64,000 nucleotides of DNA from the NCBI GenBank assembly GCA_951406725.2, contig OX597815.1, positions 200,508,001-200,572,000 of the forward strand, written 5' to 3'. Made by a program: the position numbers and the translations under genes. Positions 41,081 to 55,554 of the stretch are shown here, piece by piece. The notes beneath the pieces were generated by a model. That model did not search any database. It saw only the letters and a list, made by a program, of their open reading frames with translations, and had not been told where the DNA came from. The number at the start of each line of letters is the position of its first letter. Position 1 is the stretch's first letter. Origin of the DNA: Octopus vulgaris. Its lineage: Eukaryota.

Positions 41081-42690
41081 AAGTCAGCATGGAATCGAAA
41101 TAATCCAGCAAAGAGGTCAACATATCATTTTCGTCTGAATGTCACTGGCGATACAGCTCCGTGATTATTGCTAAGAATCCAAACTCTTCGAAATGGTTGA
41201 ATGTTTTCTTTACGTACATTACTTCTGATTGTTGTTGCCAATGTTCCTGGTTCATATTGTAGCGGTATTTCCACCCACCCCAACAAGTAGTTTTCACTGA
41301 GGAGATCTCTGAACAAAGGAGTTTTTGCAATGATCATACTTCTCTTCACAGTTTTGAAGGACTCCATCGACTATATTTTCTTAATTTCTTTCTGTCGGGT
41401 GTGGTTGATTGAGAGTGAGGAGTATATTTAGCTGTTACTTTTAGCAATTGTTACTTCCAAACACAGACGCATTTTTTCGTTTATATTTTCGGTATCATAA
41501 TCGAACACCATACAAAGCGACGAGATCTGTACTCTGGTTTGAGCTGCTGAGGTAACTTAATCCAATGAATAACACTGACCTGCAACTAGCCACTGGCGAT
41601 GCATGTATAGAAAATAACCCTCATTCATTAAAAAAAATATGCAATTTTAATTTGAACATTTATCTTTTATGTTCTTGCTTCTGGAAAGAATTACGAGTGG
41701 GAAACAACATCAATAATTTGCTAAACAAATTACTGCATAAATATTATAATCTATACAAACAGAGTGCATTAGGAAACATTGAATATCGATTTTTATGATA
41801 CTTATATGCACTTTTCAGGCGCCATAACAAGTTCAGAGATTCGGTTTTTCATTTTAATATTCTCAAAATGCTACCAACTCTGTTAAGTCACTAAGATTTG
41901 CAAACACATCACCATAACTTATTTCTAGACTAAAAAAATTCTGGTAAAGACTAATGCTTAAACTATAAAATCGATCTCACTTTATTGCAGTAAATAAGGC
42001 AAGGCAATGATGGAGCATTATCTTAACCTTTCAACTGTTTAAAACGAATATTCAAAACCTTCTTCCAGTTAGGTCAACGGCAGGAAAAAAAAAATGAAAA
42101 TATATGGACGCCTTCCGTTATAGCAGCCAGACCAGAGTTGATTCTCTGCAACTAGAAGTCAAATGAAAAACAAATCAAAATATGGAAAAAGGGGTTTACG
42201 TTAAAACCTTTGTACTTATTGTGTGGTGTACACACTTATATAAAGTGAAATCCAACGGGATTTAAGCATAGAAATCATAGAAATAATCAAAATTAATGAA
42301 GGTGAAGACATATGTATATTGAATACATCATATTTCATCTCTTATTGTTTCAGTTATAGGATTAGAGTCGCGCTGGGGTACCGCCTTGCATGATACGGCC
42401 AAAAGAATTGAGCAAAGTACTTCATTTTTCAAACCTGGTACCTTTTTTATCGGTCCAATGGAATATGCTACGGGGATATAAACAAACAAACACACACGCA
42501 CGCACATTAATGCGCGGGCACACACACATACACGTACACACATATATATATATATACACACACAATTTCCGTCCACAAGATCCGCTTACATATCCTTGGC
42601 CAACCCGCGGATGTAGTGGTTGACAAGAGGCCAAGGTGCCACGCAGAGGGAATCAAATTGGAACTAAGTAGTTGGAAAGAAACTTTCTTA

Positions 42691-42920
42691 TTTCTTTACT
42701 ACCCACAAGGGGCTAAACACGGAGGGTGCAAATAAAGACAGACGAACGGATTAAGTCGATTACATCGAGCCCAGTGCGTAACTGGTACTTAATTTATCGA
42801 CGCCGAAAGGATGAAAGGCAAAGTTGACCTCGGTGGAATTTGAACTCAGAACGTAACGACATACGAAATACGGCTACGCATTTCGCCCGGTGTGCTAACG
42901 ATTCTCCCAGTTCATCGCCT
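42691..42920 (-). mobile_element. SINE family B with ~19-bp TSD, nested in an old family-A copy
   Basis: ttggaaagaaactttctta (42672-42690) / ttggaaattaactttctta (42921-42939). Confidence 0.85.
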
Positions 42921-43457
42921 TTGGAAATTAACTTTCTTACCACTCATCTACGCCGGTGTCAGTGTTTAGTATTCGTATAATCACAATATCTCGCTTTAGC
43001 AGCCAAACGCAGCACTGAGTATGGACGTATGTTTGTGAGTTGGTTTTATTATATCTTGACGTAGGTATACCCCTATCGGCTGGCGCTTTCGACGTTTGAT
43101 ATCTAAATAATACAGTAGCTTATTACAAGATTTCAAATTGTCAAACTACATTTTGCAATATAATTGCTTTAATCCCGTGACGTTAAATAGATATCGTAGA
43201 ATATGTTATCGATTTCTATGTTGAAATTATAAGTTGTATTAAGTTTCAAATGAGTTACACAGAAAATTTAATCCCACCGAGTATCTCCTGGAAGTATTGC
43301 ATCAAAAATAATTGACACCCTGATTAGGCGGAAGGACTTAATGCCAAGCTAAAGCTGGAAAGAAGGGTTGCGTCTATTCTTATATGACAAATCATTAGTG
43401 CAGGTCGTTCGGCAATAGCTAGAAGCTCTGACGTTCTCTATCTCACACATACTCTTT

Positions 43458-43511
<54 letters not shown>

Positions 43512-43532
43512 CTCTCTCTCTCTCAATATATA

Positions 43533-43836
43533 CAGGGTGATTCAAAAGTCACCATATATAGGAATAAATTATTTTTTTAATAAGAAACAGTTAAAAAATT
43601 GTTTCTTATGAAAAAAATAAATTGTTCTTTATGTATACTCTTTTACTTGTTTCAGTCATTTGACTGTGGCCATGCTGGAGCACCGCTTTAGTCGACCAAA
43701 TCGACGCCAATACTTATTATTTGCAAGGCTAGTACTTATTCTATCTGATCTGTGTTTGCCGAACCGCTAGGTTACGGGGACGTAAACACACCAAAATCGG
43801 TTGTCAAGCGATTTTGGGGGGGGGGACAAACACTGA

Positions 43837-43890
<54 letters not shown>

Positions 43891-44078
43891 CATACATATA
43901 TACGACGGGCTTCTTTCAGTATCCGCTCACAAGGCTTTGGTCGGCCCGAGGCTATAATAGAAGACACTTGCCCAAGTTGCAATGCAGTGGGATTGAACCC
44001 GGAACCATGTGGTTCGTTAGCAAGCTACTTGCCTCAAAGGCACTCTTACGCCTTTAGGGCGACTTTTGCATCACACTG
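43533..44078. mobile_element. Tc1/mariner-type MITE containing a family-A SINE (43637-44053, minus)
   Basis: TA|CAGGGTGATTCAAAAGTCACC ... GGCGACTTTTGCATCACACTG|TA, with an internal palindrome at 43561-43630. Confidence 0.75.
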
Positions 44079-44398
44079 TATATATAATGTATATACATAC
44101 ATATATACATACATATATGCAAATACACATACACACACACACATTTTTATATAAGGTAATCACTAGCTATGTCGTGGTTCACCTATTGCGCCCTTAGTAC
44201 ACTGCGGATTTTTCTCCCTGTTATATTTAAATTTATATCGTATTCTTCTCAGTATATGTTGGGTTTTTGCAGCCGATAGGTTTTTATATTTCTTTTAGAT
44301 TTTCATTATTTCTGTTAAAAATTAAACATTTTCACGCCTAAACATTAATAAATACAATTAATTAAAATATATTAAAAGAAAATACATAGTGTAACAAA

Positions 44399-44630
44399 GG
44401 CGGCGAGCTGGCAGAAACGTTAGCACGCCGGGCGAAATGCTTTGCGATATTTCGTCTGCCGCTACGTTCTGGGTTCAAATTCCGCCGAGGTCGACTTTGC
44501 CTTTCATCCTTTCGGGGTCGATTAAATAAGTACCAGTTACGCATTGGGGTCGATGTAATCGACTTACTCCGTTTGTCTGTCCTTGCTTGTCCCTTTTGTG
44601 TGTAGCCACTTGTGGGTAGTAAAGAAATAT
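44399..44630 (+). mobile_element. SINE family B, full length, ~25-bp TSD
   Basis: GGCGGCGAGCTGGCAGAAACGTTAGCACG..; atattaaaagaaaatacatagtgta on both sides. Confidence 0.9.
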
Positions 44631-44809
44631 ATATTAAAAGAAAATACATAGTGTACCGTACATGGGTAAACAAATAATGAAACACACTGTATGTAAAGTG
44701 AAATTCGGGAGGCGAAAGAAGAGGAGATACTGGTACTACTAAGGGTTTGGTGAGAGTTTATAAAAGCTTAGATATATAGAAATAATAAAATATATACAAA
44801 ATATTAAAT

Positions 44810-44949
44810 TAGCTTGCTAACCAACCACATGGTTCCGGGTTCAGTCCCACTGCGTGGCACCTTGGCCAAGTCTCTTCTAGTATAGCCGCGGGCTGACCGA
44901 TGCCTTGTGAGTGGATTTGGTAGACGGAAACCGAAAGAAGACTGTCGTA

Positions 44950-44996
<47 letters not shown>

Positions 44997-45198
44997 ATGT
45001 GTTTGTCCCCCTAGCATTGCTTGACAACTGATGCTGGTGTGTTTATGTCCCCGTTACTTAGCGGTTCGGCAAAAGAGACCGATAGAATAAGTACTGGGCT
45101 TACAAAAGAATAAGTCCCGGGGTCGAGTTGCTCGACTAAAGGCGGTGCTCCAGCATGGCCGCAGTCAAAAGACTGAAACAAGTAAAAGAGTAAAAGAG
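44810..45198 (+). mobile_element. SINE family A, slightly 5'-truncated
   Basis: Matches 27570-27950. Confidence 0.9.
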
Positions 45199-45229
45199 TT
45201 AAAAACATATACGGTACAACATTGTTTTC

Positions 45230-45526
45230 GTGGAGGCACCTGGCCTAGTGCTTAGAGCAGCGGATTCCCGGCCGAGAGATCTCGGGTTCGAATCTCAGAC
45301 CGGGCGATGTATGTGTTTATGAGCGAAACACCTAAGTTCCACGCGATTTTGACAGAAGGTAATGGCGTACTTCTGCTGAATCTTTCGCCACCACTTTCTC
45401 TCTTTCCTTTTGCATCTAGGTACTTACCTGGGACAGACGCCCGTCCCGTCCAGGTGGAGAACCTATACGCCAATGTAACTGGGAAACTGGCCCTTGTGAG
45501 CCAGGCATGGCTCGAGAAGGAACAAA
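45230..45526 (+). mobile_element. tRNA-derived SINE family C, full length
   Basis: A box TGGCCTAGTG, B box GGTTCGAATCTC, tail CCCGTCCAGG..GAAACTGGCCCTTGTGAGCCAGGCATGGCTCGAG. Confidence 0.8.
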
Positions 45527-45639
45527 ACTCAAAAGCATACAGTTTCTACTTCGCTGACTTACTCCTATCGCGGAGGGTTTTCGAACGTAACGCCCACTAT
45601 AGAGGAGGGGATTACTATATATTTATATGTGTGTGTGTG

Positions 45640-45675
<36 letters not shown>

Positions 45676-45677
<2 letters not shown>

Positions 45678-46290
45678 AAAGTTAATTAATTGGGGTAAAC
45701 ATTTATATTATTGATTAATATGGCTAGTATACATAAAAAATTCCAAAGATTATAAATTATATCCTATATAGATAAATAACAGGAATAGCCTCCAAGGTTG
45801 ATTCCTAAAATGCTAGACGACACAGAATCGCCTTACCACGAAGAATATGTTCTCAAAAATTTTAGCAAGTGTCAGAATGTATGCGAACAAGACGAAGGAA
45901 AGGTGATTAAATAGAGCAATTAATTCCATCTCTTAAGTTTTCGCTATGAAGGATCTCTAACTTGATCATCCGTAGCTCTTCAGTGAAGTCATTCCAGGAC
46001 ACATAATCCGCGGAACTAGATACAAAGCGTCCTCGCGACAGAGAACATGCGCGGATTATGTGCCTTGGAAAGACTTCACGGAAGAGCTACGGATGATCAC
46101 GTTAGCGATCGTTGACACTGAAATCTTAAGGTATAGAGTTAATTCGTCTATTTTGTCTCCTTTCATTTGTCTTGCTCGCATACATTCTGGCGTTTGCTAG
46201 AACATTTGAGAACATATTCTTCAAGGTAAGGCGATTCTGCGTCTTCTTCTAGCATATTAGGAATTCGCCTTGGTGGCTATTCCTCTTATA
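45676..46290. repeat. TA-flanked element forming a ~510-nt imperfect rod-like hairpin
   Basis: 45776-46011 pairs with 46051-46290; about 40 mismatches and one 3-nt indel by manual alignment. Confidence 0.9.
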
Positions 46291-46309
46291 TATATATATA
46301 TATAGATAT

Positions 46310-46355
<46 letters not shown>

Positions 46356-46591
46356 AACATACATGCACACAGAAACATACTCACAAATATGTTCATAGTG
46401 ACTGACAATATTGACAATATTTTTTGGGGTTTTATAATGCAGAGTGTAGTGAAGGAAGTTAGTAAATAGAAATTAACTATGCTTCGATTAATTCAACCAC
46501 TCTGCTGATTCTAGCCTTTTTATTCACATTCATTACTACGTTGCGACGGCTCAACCACAAATCCCTGATACACACACATACACACACACTC

Positions 46592-46650
<59 letters not shown>

Positions 46651-47194
46651 TACAAGTGCACACTCACTTATGCATAGGCAGACATACATTCATAAACACA
46701 TGCACGTGTATGTGTATGTATATATATATGTATATATAAGTATGTATGCATATATATGTATATATTTATTGGTTGTGTGTATGTAAAATGCATCTTATGA
46801 CCATGCGAAATCAAACATGACTATAAACTTGATCTTCCACATTACAGTAGAACAACCATTCCGTTGGCCAGTGTCCAGGTCCCATATAGCTTCAACATAT
46901 ACATACTGATTGCATTAAACATCGTTGTAATAACGGATTTTTGAAGAAGAGATGGCTGAGTCAGTCTTGTATTAGTAATTTCTAAACTTACAATTTTATT
47001 GAAGATGTATTTGCCAAAATCCATCGATCATAAGATGTTTTTTTTCTTTTTTACAAAATGGTAGTAATCTTCCATTTTTCCATACATTGCAAAGCACTTA
47101 TAGAGAATTTTACTGGTTTGTGTTTAGCGCACTTACATTTCCAATTACTGCAACATACCAGCATATACTTATACATATACATATTTACATATAG

Positions 47195-48870
47195 AATTTT
47201 TAATGTTAGGACATCTATTGTGTTTACAATAGATTTGTGTTCGATAACCACAGCAAACATTAGTGAAACAGGGATTTCCGATACGCAATCGCTTACGTTT
47301 CTTCTGTACGGCTACGGGGTTTATACCCCCTATGGTCGGCTTGGATTAAATGGCATCACAGTGCTTTTTCGGAAAGGCCTTGACTTGGAGGTGAATACTG
47401 CCTTGCTCGACTCGGTCAGTAAGATGGTCGTCTTGGACGTAAGCAGCAAAGAAGGCAAGAGTGGGGTTTTCAGACTAGTGACAGCCTATGCTCGAACAGG
47501 AGCTGGACGGCCAGATTTCTTTAGACGTCTAGAGATTTCCTTGGGACATCTCGCTGATTAGTATTATTGGGCGACTGGAATTGCTTCTTAGACACAATCA
47601 AGGATTATGCAGCAACAGCGGATAAGAGGGTCGGGTGCAAAATACTCGCTAACTTCTTCTGGCATTTCCAACTGTATGAAAGGCTACGCTTCGATCACCG
47701 AAATGTACCAATGTGGACGTGGTCAAATCACCGTGGGTGATTCAGATATGGTTTTTATTAGGCCAGCACGCAGGTAGAGTATAATTTGCTCGCATTTTCG
47801 GATTGTTAGGTATTCAGATAATAAACTCAGGACCTTTACAATCAACTTAGGAAAAAGAATCAGACATCGACCTGGTTACTGGAAGATGAACGCGTCCCTC
47901 CCGCCGGCTCGAAAATATTTTAGGGACCAGATTAGTTGTTTACTTAAACAGGAATTGACGGGAGCCATTATCAGCAACAGGTTGTGGGCCTCCTGAAAAA
48001 CGAAATTCAGAAAGGTGTCAGTTAATTTTAGCAGAGAGATTGCTTTAGAAAACAACAGAATAGAAAACAAACTAGTTAGTAACTTAGGAGAAGTACACAA
48101 AAGTGGGACTGTAAATGACGTGCTAGCGGCGAGAATGGCACTGGACTATTTCTTCGATGTAAAACATGAAGGCTGTATTTTCCCAGCTAAGATGCGTGCC
48201 ATGAAACACGAAGCTTCAAAACTCATTGGTTGGTCACGGGTAGTGGAGGCCCAGAATGGAAAAAATCTAGGGTTCACCCTATGACGGACCGCAGTGGCCA
48301 TGTGCACACCGATTCCAAACAGAGGAGCACAGTGTTTCGGTAGTATTTCACCGACCTCTTTTCGAGGAGTGGCATTTTAGTCCCAACGAGCTTTGAGGCT
48401 TATCTCGTGGGTATGCTGCGCCTCTAGGAGAAGAATATCGAGTGCTGCGAGAAGCCGATTGCAGTGGAGGAAGATATCCTGGGGAGCAAGTCACCAGGAT
48501 TAGATTGTCCGCCCTATGAACTATAAGCCAACATGTCCCAGTTATTTGCGCCGGTTTTAGCAGTTGTCTACTTCTCCTAGCGACAAACAGGAAGCATTCC
48601 CAGTCGTTTGAGCCGGTGAGTGGTGATAATGTTGAGAAAAGATCTAAACAAGGAGGATGTGATTGAAAACTTCAGGCCCTTAACTCTACTCAACATTGAG
48701 TTAAAGATTTTAGCTAGGGTACTCGCCAAGAGGCTGGCGCTTGTTATCAGTAATATAGTCGAGGATGCACAAACCTGTGCGATTCCCGGTAGATCTATCC
48801 ACTACAATCTTCACTTCATGCGATACACCGTAGAACGGGCAGGGAATAGATCGGGCTTTGGAGGAATAGA
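47195..48870 (+). pseudogene. Tx1/L1-clade LINE ORF2 remnant (APE endonuclease + N-half of RT)
   Basis: ISETG, GITVLFRK, LVTAYA, LLGDWNC.LD, GYWKMNASL, KSPGLD.P.YELY, ENFRPLTLLNIELKILARVLAKRL, QTCAIPGRSIHYNL; many stops and frameshifts. Confidence 0.9.
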
Positions 48871-49204
48871 TCTGGTCAAGTTGGACGACTCCTGGTATTT
48901 TTGTTATGCATTTGTCTGAATGTTTTTTATCATATCTAATGTACCTACTATGATAGGAATTGTTTCTGTTTTTAGGCTCCACATTCGAATTACCTATAAC
49001 AATCTATGGAGTAGGAGTGATTTACTTTAGGGACGGTAAATGGAGGCAAACTGTAGCAGAAGTTTAGCCGGTTGTATTTCTATCAAAATAAAACTGCAAG
49101 TGTTCTGTGTTTTGAGAATCCCTGGAGCCGATCTGTTGTTTCTCTCTCTCTCTCTTTCTCTTTGTATATATTGATACATCTATCTATCTATCTATCTATC
49201 TATA

Positions 49205-49308
<104 letters not shown>

Positions 49309-51832
49309 AGTCTATCTCTCTATCCATAAAATGTCAGGTGAGAAGGAAGAAAATCCACAATTAGCACGTCTGTGGTTGTGTTTGGATATATAGTGTTTCG
49401 AAGTGGCGTTATATTATAATGTAAAGACAGTTTGTATACTGTTAATGAAGTATTTACAATATAATGAGGCTACAGGTTGAAAAGCTGTTCTGTCCGATTA
49501 TCCTAAGTGTAAAACGATAACAAAATTTAATTTATTGCCCTAAATCTCGAAATTCCACACCCTAACGTGTCATTCAAACAACAAGATGCGACAGCAAAAT
49601 CATTTTTTTATATATTGCCTATCATCATACAAACACGAAGTAGAAATTTAATAACGAATACGTGTGGGGGTAAGGTGGATTTTGTTTCTAGATCTAAGCG
49701 ATCAAGGCGAACGTGATGTAAATCACGTCAACAGGAAAAAAGGAAAAAAAATATAGCAATGCACATTTCCAAATAGTAAAAAGAAAAAAGGGGAGAAAAA
49801 TGTAAACATTATTTTCGATGTCCTTTAATATGATTTTATTTATTGATATATTTTTTTTAAAAAAAGATCAATTTCTACTTTGCTATAATGTTTGAAATGT
49901 GGTCATGCGATTTAAAAAGCGAAAATAATATTAATTCATCTAGCACATGACCTATTGCAAAGAGCTGCCTGACGTACAAGTAATTTACTAAAAAATGAAA
50001 TTTCCAAAGAAATTTAAAAAATAGTATTGTAGTAAAAAATTATAAATATATTTTTACATTTTTTGCTGAGTAATCATTGGTAAAAGCAATATGGGAATAA
50101 TATAATTTTGAACTTCCTAGCGTCAGTAAATTCTAAATAGCAGAATGGACACAAAATCAATCAATGATTGAATGAAACAAACAGGACAAAAACAGTGGCA
50201 TCTAAATGTTTGTTGTTTATAAGTGACACAGTGACGCTGGTAGCATGGGTCACGTTAGAGTTATGGTGGATGTCAGTAGGAGTGGACAAAGCGTTGAGGA
50301 GATGGTGGAATTATAAACAACTGGTTTCTAAAAATACATTGTAGAGTGATAAAAAGAACAATTTGTTTTAATGACAAATTTATTAGGAATATTAGATGTG
50401 CCCTAAGGGTATGCTCGTCCTAACAGTAAGCGGTTTTCCTGAGTGAAACCACGATGTTGAAGAGAGTAGAATGCCAAAACGGCATATGTTGCTGAAATCA
50501 AGTCCTTTAGCAAAACTGTTATTCTCCACAAAGAAACAGGAAAAAAAAAAAACCCAGAGAACACTAAATTTAGCAAAGTATTGAATTGGAGATTATATTC
50601 AGGTAAACAGTGTACCCTCTCCCAGTACTGTAATATACTATTTCAGTAAATCATCTCTTTCTCTTCTACAAATTACAACAAAGAACAAGTAACAACGTCT
50701 TGGACTTAGAATTTGGTGAAGATACTCGTCAAGTTATCGATAAGTGTTCACAAAATATTAGTCGAAGATACACAAGCCGATGTGCTCAAGTGAAGTCTAA
50801 ACATGATAATTTACATCAACAGCAACGTATTCATGCCTGATAAAGTTCAGCGGTGATCTTAACTTCGATTAGTGTAAAGTGTTCAAAAGGATTGGTCAAA
50901 TATACCTTGTATCTCTCCTTTAGCGTAAGTTTTTTTGCGTCATCTCTTCAGAACCTTCATTGCTAATATGTATTACATCATCATGTTATTGGTGAAATTG
51001 TGCATAATACCCGACAAGGATATGCTCCCGAAGACACATTCTCCGCTACCTCTCGTTTTATCTCACCCTCTCTCGCAATTCGGCATTTATACAATAATTT
51101 TTGTATTCGAATCAATAGAGTTTCTATCGAGAAAACTTTAAAAAAAAAAAAGCTTTTAAAAAATACACACACCTCCCAACTCCCTCCCCAGTCCTTCCCA
51201 AAATGAATCAGATTTCAGCTCTTGCAGTCTTAAGCTAATTGTTTTAGGATATGTTGTGATAAAACATTCCCTTATTTTCAGTTCCAAAGAAAAGAGAGAG
51301 GTACAGTCAGTGATTGGTTCAGAATACAGCCAGGAATATCCTACAAATGGTAGTGGTGAGACGGCAAAAAATCACAATACAGTCTGAGGTACAGACAGGA
51401 CAATAAATAGGAGGCAATGTCCTCGATTACATGATTATATTGCAAACGGAATCATACCAGTGCGATTAATTAGATCGGTCAACGATACATGTATATTTAC
51501 ACACGCTGTAACATATACCTACAGAAATACATGCACAGAACTTACGCACATAGACAAAAATGTTTATATTCGCTTAAATATATGGCCAAATAGACACATT
51601 AATAGACACATTGATAAAAAACACTGAGATACGCATACATATAGACAAGTACATACGTATATAACTGCGCATACATATGTGGGGATTTGAGTGCTTAGAA
51701 GTAAATATATAGTGAGACATAGATTGAAGGACACTTACAGTCAACGATGTGTTTGTTAAGTATAGTTGACATATGAAGCACAAAACAGGAATATGTTAGA
51801 GGGGTCTGGGTGATAGAAATCGAAAAAAAACT

Positions 51833-52058
51833 TATCGTCTATATGTGTATATATGCATGTATGTATGTGTGTGTGTGTGTATCTCTAGATTTCTCCCCAA
51901 CACCATTTGACAACCTCTGTCGGTGTGAGTACGTCTCCGAAACTTAGAGGTAAAAGATAGAATAAATCGTTGATTTGTTCGACTAAAACACTTCAAAGCG
52001 CTACCCCAGGATGGCCTCAGTCTAACGACTGAAACATGTGAAAGAATATAAGAATAAA
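51833..52058 (+). mobile_element. SINE family A, old 3' half
   Basis: gacaacc..tcggtgtg..cttcaaagcgctaccccaggatggcctcagtctaacgactgaaac. Confidence 0.65.
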
Positions 52059-52227
52059 ATGTAAGCTTGCTTGTGTATGCGTGTTTCGACACACATCTAT
52101 ATATATATATATATATATATACATAGCCATTCACACACATACTCCCCCACACATATATACATATACATATGTAAATATGCTATCATATATATACATACAT
52201 ATATATATATATATGTATATATACGCA

Positions 52228-52281
<54 letters not shown>

Positions 52282-52389
52282 TACACATATATTGATAGAC
52301 TGATACTTTGATAGCTAGATAATATATATGTACATAATATATATATATATATATATACGTATATATATACGTATTTATATATATATGTG

Positions 52390-52421
<32 letters not shown>

Positions 52422-52575
52422 CTCATATATATATATATGCACACATATACTTACATACGTGCATGAATACACACGCACATACATATATACATTCATAAAT
52501 ACATACATACATATATACATACATACATATATACATATATACATACATACATACATACATACATACATACATACA

Positions 52576-52607
<32 letters not shown>

Positions 52608-53612
52608 CACGTATCACTGTCTAGTGTTCTTTACGTCAAAAGCAATTTATCAAAATATATGTCGAGCAGTCTGTACAACTATTACTTGCATTTCCAGCCT
52701 TTTCACTCATTCTGTCTGTTGCACTTGTTTCACATCCTAAACTTGACTGACTCTCTCTCTCCTTTCTCTCCCCATAATTCTACATCTTACGTCTTTCTCT
52801 TCATTCACAAACGTTTTCCTCTCTCGCTGTTTACAAAACTTCATCTTCGTACGAAATTTCGGAGTTTTCATCAATTAGAAGCGTTTGCGTCCAATGATGC
52901 AAAACAGTATAATTGCCGCCAGTTAAAAATTTTATCCAAAGCAATTAAATCTCTACTCAGTATAAAATGAACTGATACTTTGAGAAATAGCTTTTAGACA
53001 CACGGACACACGGTCGAAACAGACAACAAGCGCAGACATTTTTTCCTTCTTCGCTTTCTCTTCTCGTCTCACTCGGTATGTATGAGCGTATGTAAATGTG
53101 TATGTCTACCCCCCTCTCTCTTTCTGTGCTTCGCATTTTTTCAGCCTCTCTGTGTCTCTGTCTGTAATTATGCGTGTGTGAATGTGTCTGTGTCTGTGTG
53201 TGTGTGTATGTGTGCTCGTGAGTGTGTGAAACTTATTGTACATACAACGTATATCTTTAATCTCTTACACGTTTCAGTCTTTGGACTGCAGCTCTGATGA
53301 GGCCCCTCCTTGAAGAGATATAATCAAACGGATCCACTCCAGTACCTTACTTTAAGTCTGGTAATTATCCTAGTGGAGACGTAAACAGTCCACAATATGG
53401 CTGTCACGTGTGGCGGCAGACAATCAAAAATCCTAAGGCAGACAGACGCACACATATATCACAGGCATCTTTCAGCTTCAATCTACCAAATACACTAAGA
53501 AGGCTTTGAGCAAGCGTAATTTAATCTAGTTGGGGTTGATTTAATCTTCAAACATAAATGTAGTATATAGAAGCATGATGAACCTTATTGTACAACTGTT
53601 ATTTCTACGTTT

Positions 53613-53850
53613 TGGTGGCGAGCTGGCAGAAACGTTAGCACGCCGGGCGAAATGCTTAGCGGTATTTCGTCTGCCGGTACATTGTGAGTTCAAATTCCGG
53701 CGAGGTCGACTTTGCCTTTCATCCTTTCGGGGTCGATAAATTAAGTACCAGTTACGCACTGGAGTCGATGTAATCGACTTAATACCTATGTCTGTCCTTG
53801 TTTGTCCCATCTGTGTTTAGCCCCTTGTAGGTAATAAAGAAATAGGTATT
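53613..53850 (+). mobile_element. SINE family B, full length, TSD tatttctacgtt
   Basis: Head and Nin-like domain as in 44399; repeated flank. Confidence 0.9.
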
Positions 53851-53999
53851 TCTACGTTGGAATTCTGGTTTCAGCCTGACAAATATGTTATGAATTCACG
53901 AGCATTTGGCATATCCATGCATTTACACTTCCATTGCAATGAACAGATATTTCAAAGAGAGATAGACTGTCTTCCTATATACACTCACGCATATGCATA

Positions 54000-54044
<45 letters not shown>

Positions 54045-54049
<5 letters not shown>

Positions 54050-54250
54050 ATCCAAACAAGAAAGCACAAAAAGAAAACACAACAACGTGAGGACGTGGAA
54101 CAAATATAGTATTATTAGACGCACAGGAAAGAAGGAAAGAAGGAGGGTTTAACGTTTCGAGCAGAGCTCTTCGTCGGAAACATAAGAGAAGGAAAGATCT
54201 AGAGAAGGGAAGAGAGAGGAAAAAATCGCCAACGGTACACACGCGGTCAC
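54045..54250 (-). mobile_element. Family R4 copy, HHR-like motif 54147-54181
   Basis: Minus: GTTT-CCGACGA-A-GAGC tct GCTC-GAAAC-GTT-AAAC; starts at (TA)n. Confidence 0.8.
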
Positions 54251-54781
54251 ATTGGTGCGTGTCCTAGTGGTTAAGCTGTTCCACTCACGATCGCCAGAAC
54301 GAAGTTTCAATTTCCGGAACGTTTGATGCTTTCTGTTCTTGAGAAAATACTTCATGTCACGTTACTCCTGTCCACTAAGCTATCAATTGGTGACCCTCGA
54401 CAGATCAGCCTTCCGATCAGAGGAGGGGATGTTGGTCTTCTCGTCCAGCCAGTTGGGTTGAATCATTCGAAAGTATAAAAGCGATGAAAAGCGTATTGTG
54501 ACCAGAGATTTATAACAACAACCAATGATCTGGTTGATCACGTGATCATAATACTGTATACACTTATTCATGTGTCTATGTGTGTATGTGAGCCTCTGTG
54601 TGTTTAGGTGTGCGGTAACCCAGAGAAGAAGACGCGAGAAGGAGCCGCAGGAAAAGAATAGGGAGAGAAAGAGAGAGAGGATGACGAAAAAGTGGGTATA
54701 TAACCGTAAAGGGACAAAATATACATTCAAAGAAGTGGATCGGGTTTATTTAAGCAAAAATAATAAGATAACTAAGTACAA

Positions 54782-55002
54782 CCCTTTAGCATTTAAACCG
54801 GTCATATCCGGCCAAAAGTATTCTGCCTGTTTTATGTTCCAACTGGCCACATCTGGTCTCTCACACCAGCCCTACAATATCGTTTTAAAAATTAACAGCT
54901 ACCTCATCAAAATCTCATAGCTACAAGATAATGCATGATTAATTCAAAACAATGTTGATGAATAAGCATTAATTTTGGCAGAATAATGTGAACACTAAAG
55001 GG
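54782..55002. mobile_element. piggyBac-like MITE
   Basis: aa|CCCTTTAG ... CTAAAGGG|tt termini with a degenerate TTAA target. Confidence 0.55.
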
Positions 55003-55554
55003 TTGAAGAAACCAAAAATTTGGCAATGAAAGACCAGAAAACGAAAAAAAAAGAGCTGGAAGATGGAAGAAAGGAGGAGGAGGAGGAGGAGGAGGAGGAG
55101 GAGGAGGAGAAGAAGAAAGTGGAATGGAACATGGGGGAGAAAAAACAAATAAATTAAGGAAGACATTACAAAATTTGACTTCGAGGAGGGTTGTGAATAA
55201 AATCGAAAAAAAAATGTAAAAGTGCAATGCGGCACTGAATGTAAGATTAAATTTGTAAGAAAACTAAATAAAACAGAAAAAAACCCCAAGAAAATAAGCA
55301 AACAAAACAAAAGGCAAACAGGTAAAAAGAGGGTAAATAATGCAAGCCATACCTCATCCCTATCTACCAGACGAAGGCTGCTACTCATCATTTACTCTTC
55401 GTCTTCGGAAAGTACACAATGGAAAGTACACACTCACTCTCCAAGCTCCGCGGTACGTACGTACCTACCTACCGACCTTCCGACCTGCCTAGCTACCTAT
55501 ATACATACAAACATATATGTATATAGAGACACATACATAAGTGCACGCAAAAGA

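Noticed and set aside
45230-45305. tRNA genes at SINE heads (also 13708, 55677, 62563)
   Set aside because: A/B boxes are present but there is no proper cloverleaf, and they continue into SINE bodies.
51283-51420. Candidate exons after polypyrimidine-AG (also 31160-31306, 46840-47030, 63243-63410)
   Set aside because: No recognisable protein similarity; early stops or missing splice sites.
53294-53330. CTGATGAGGCC hammerhead-like core
   Set aside because: No stem II/GAAA partner; it lies in a decayed family-A SINE tail.
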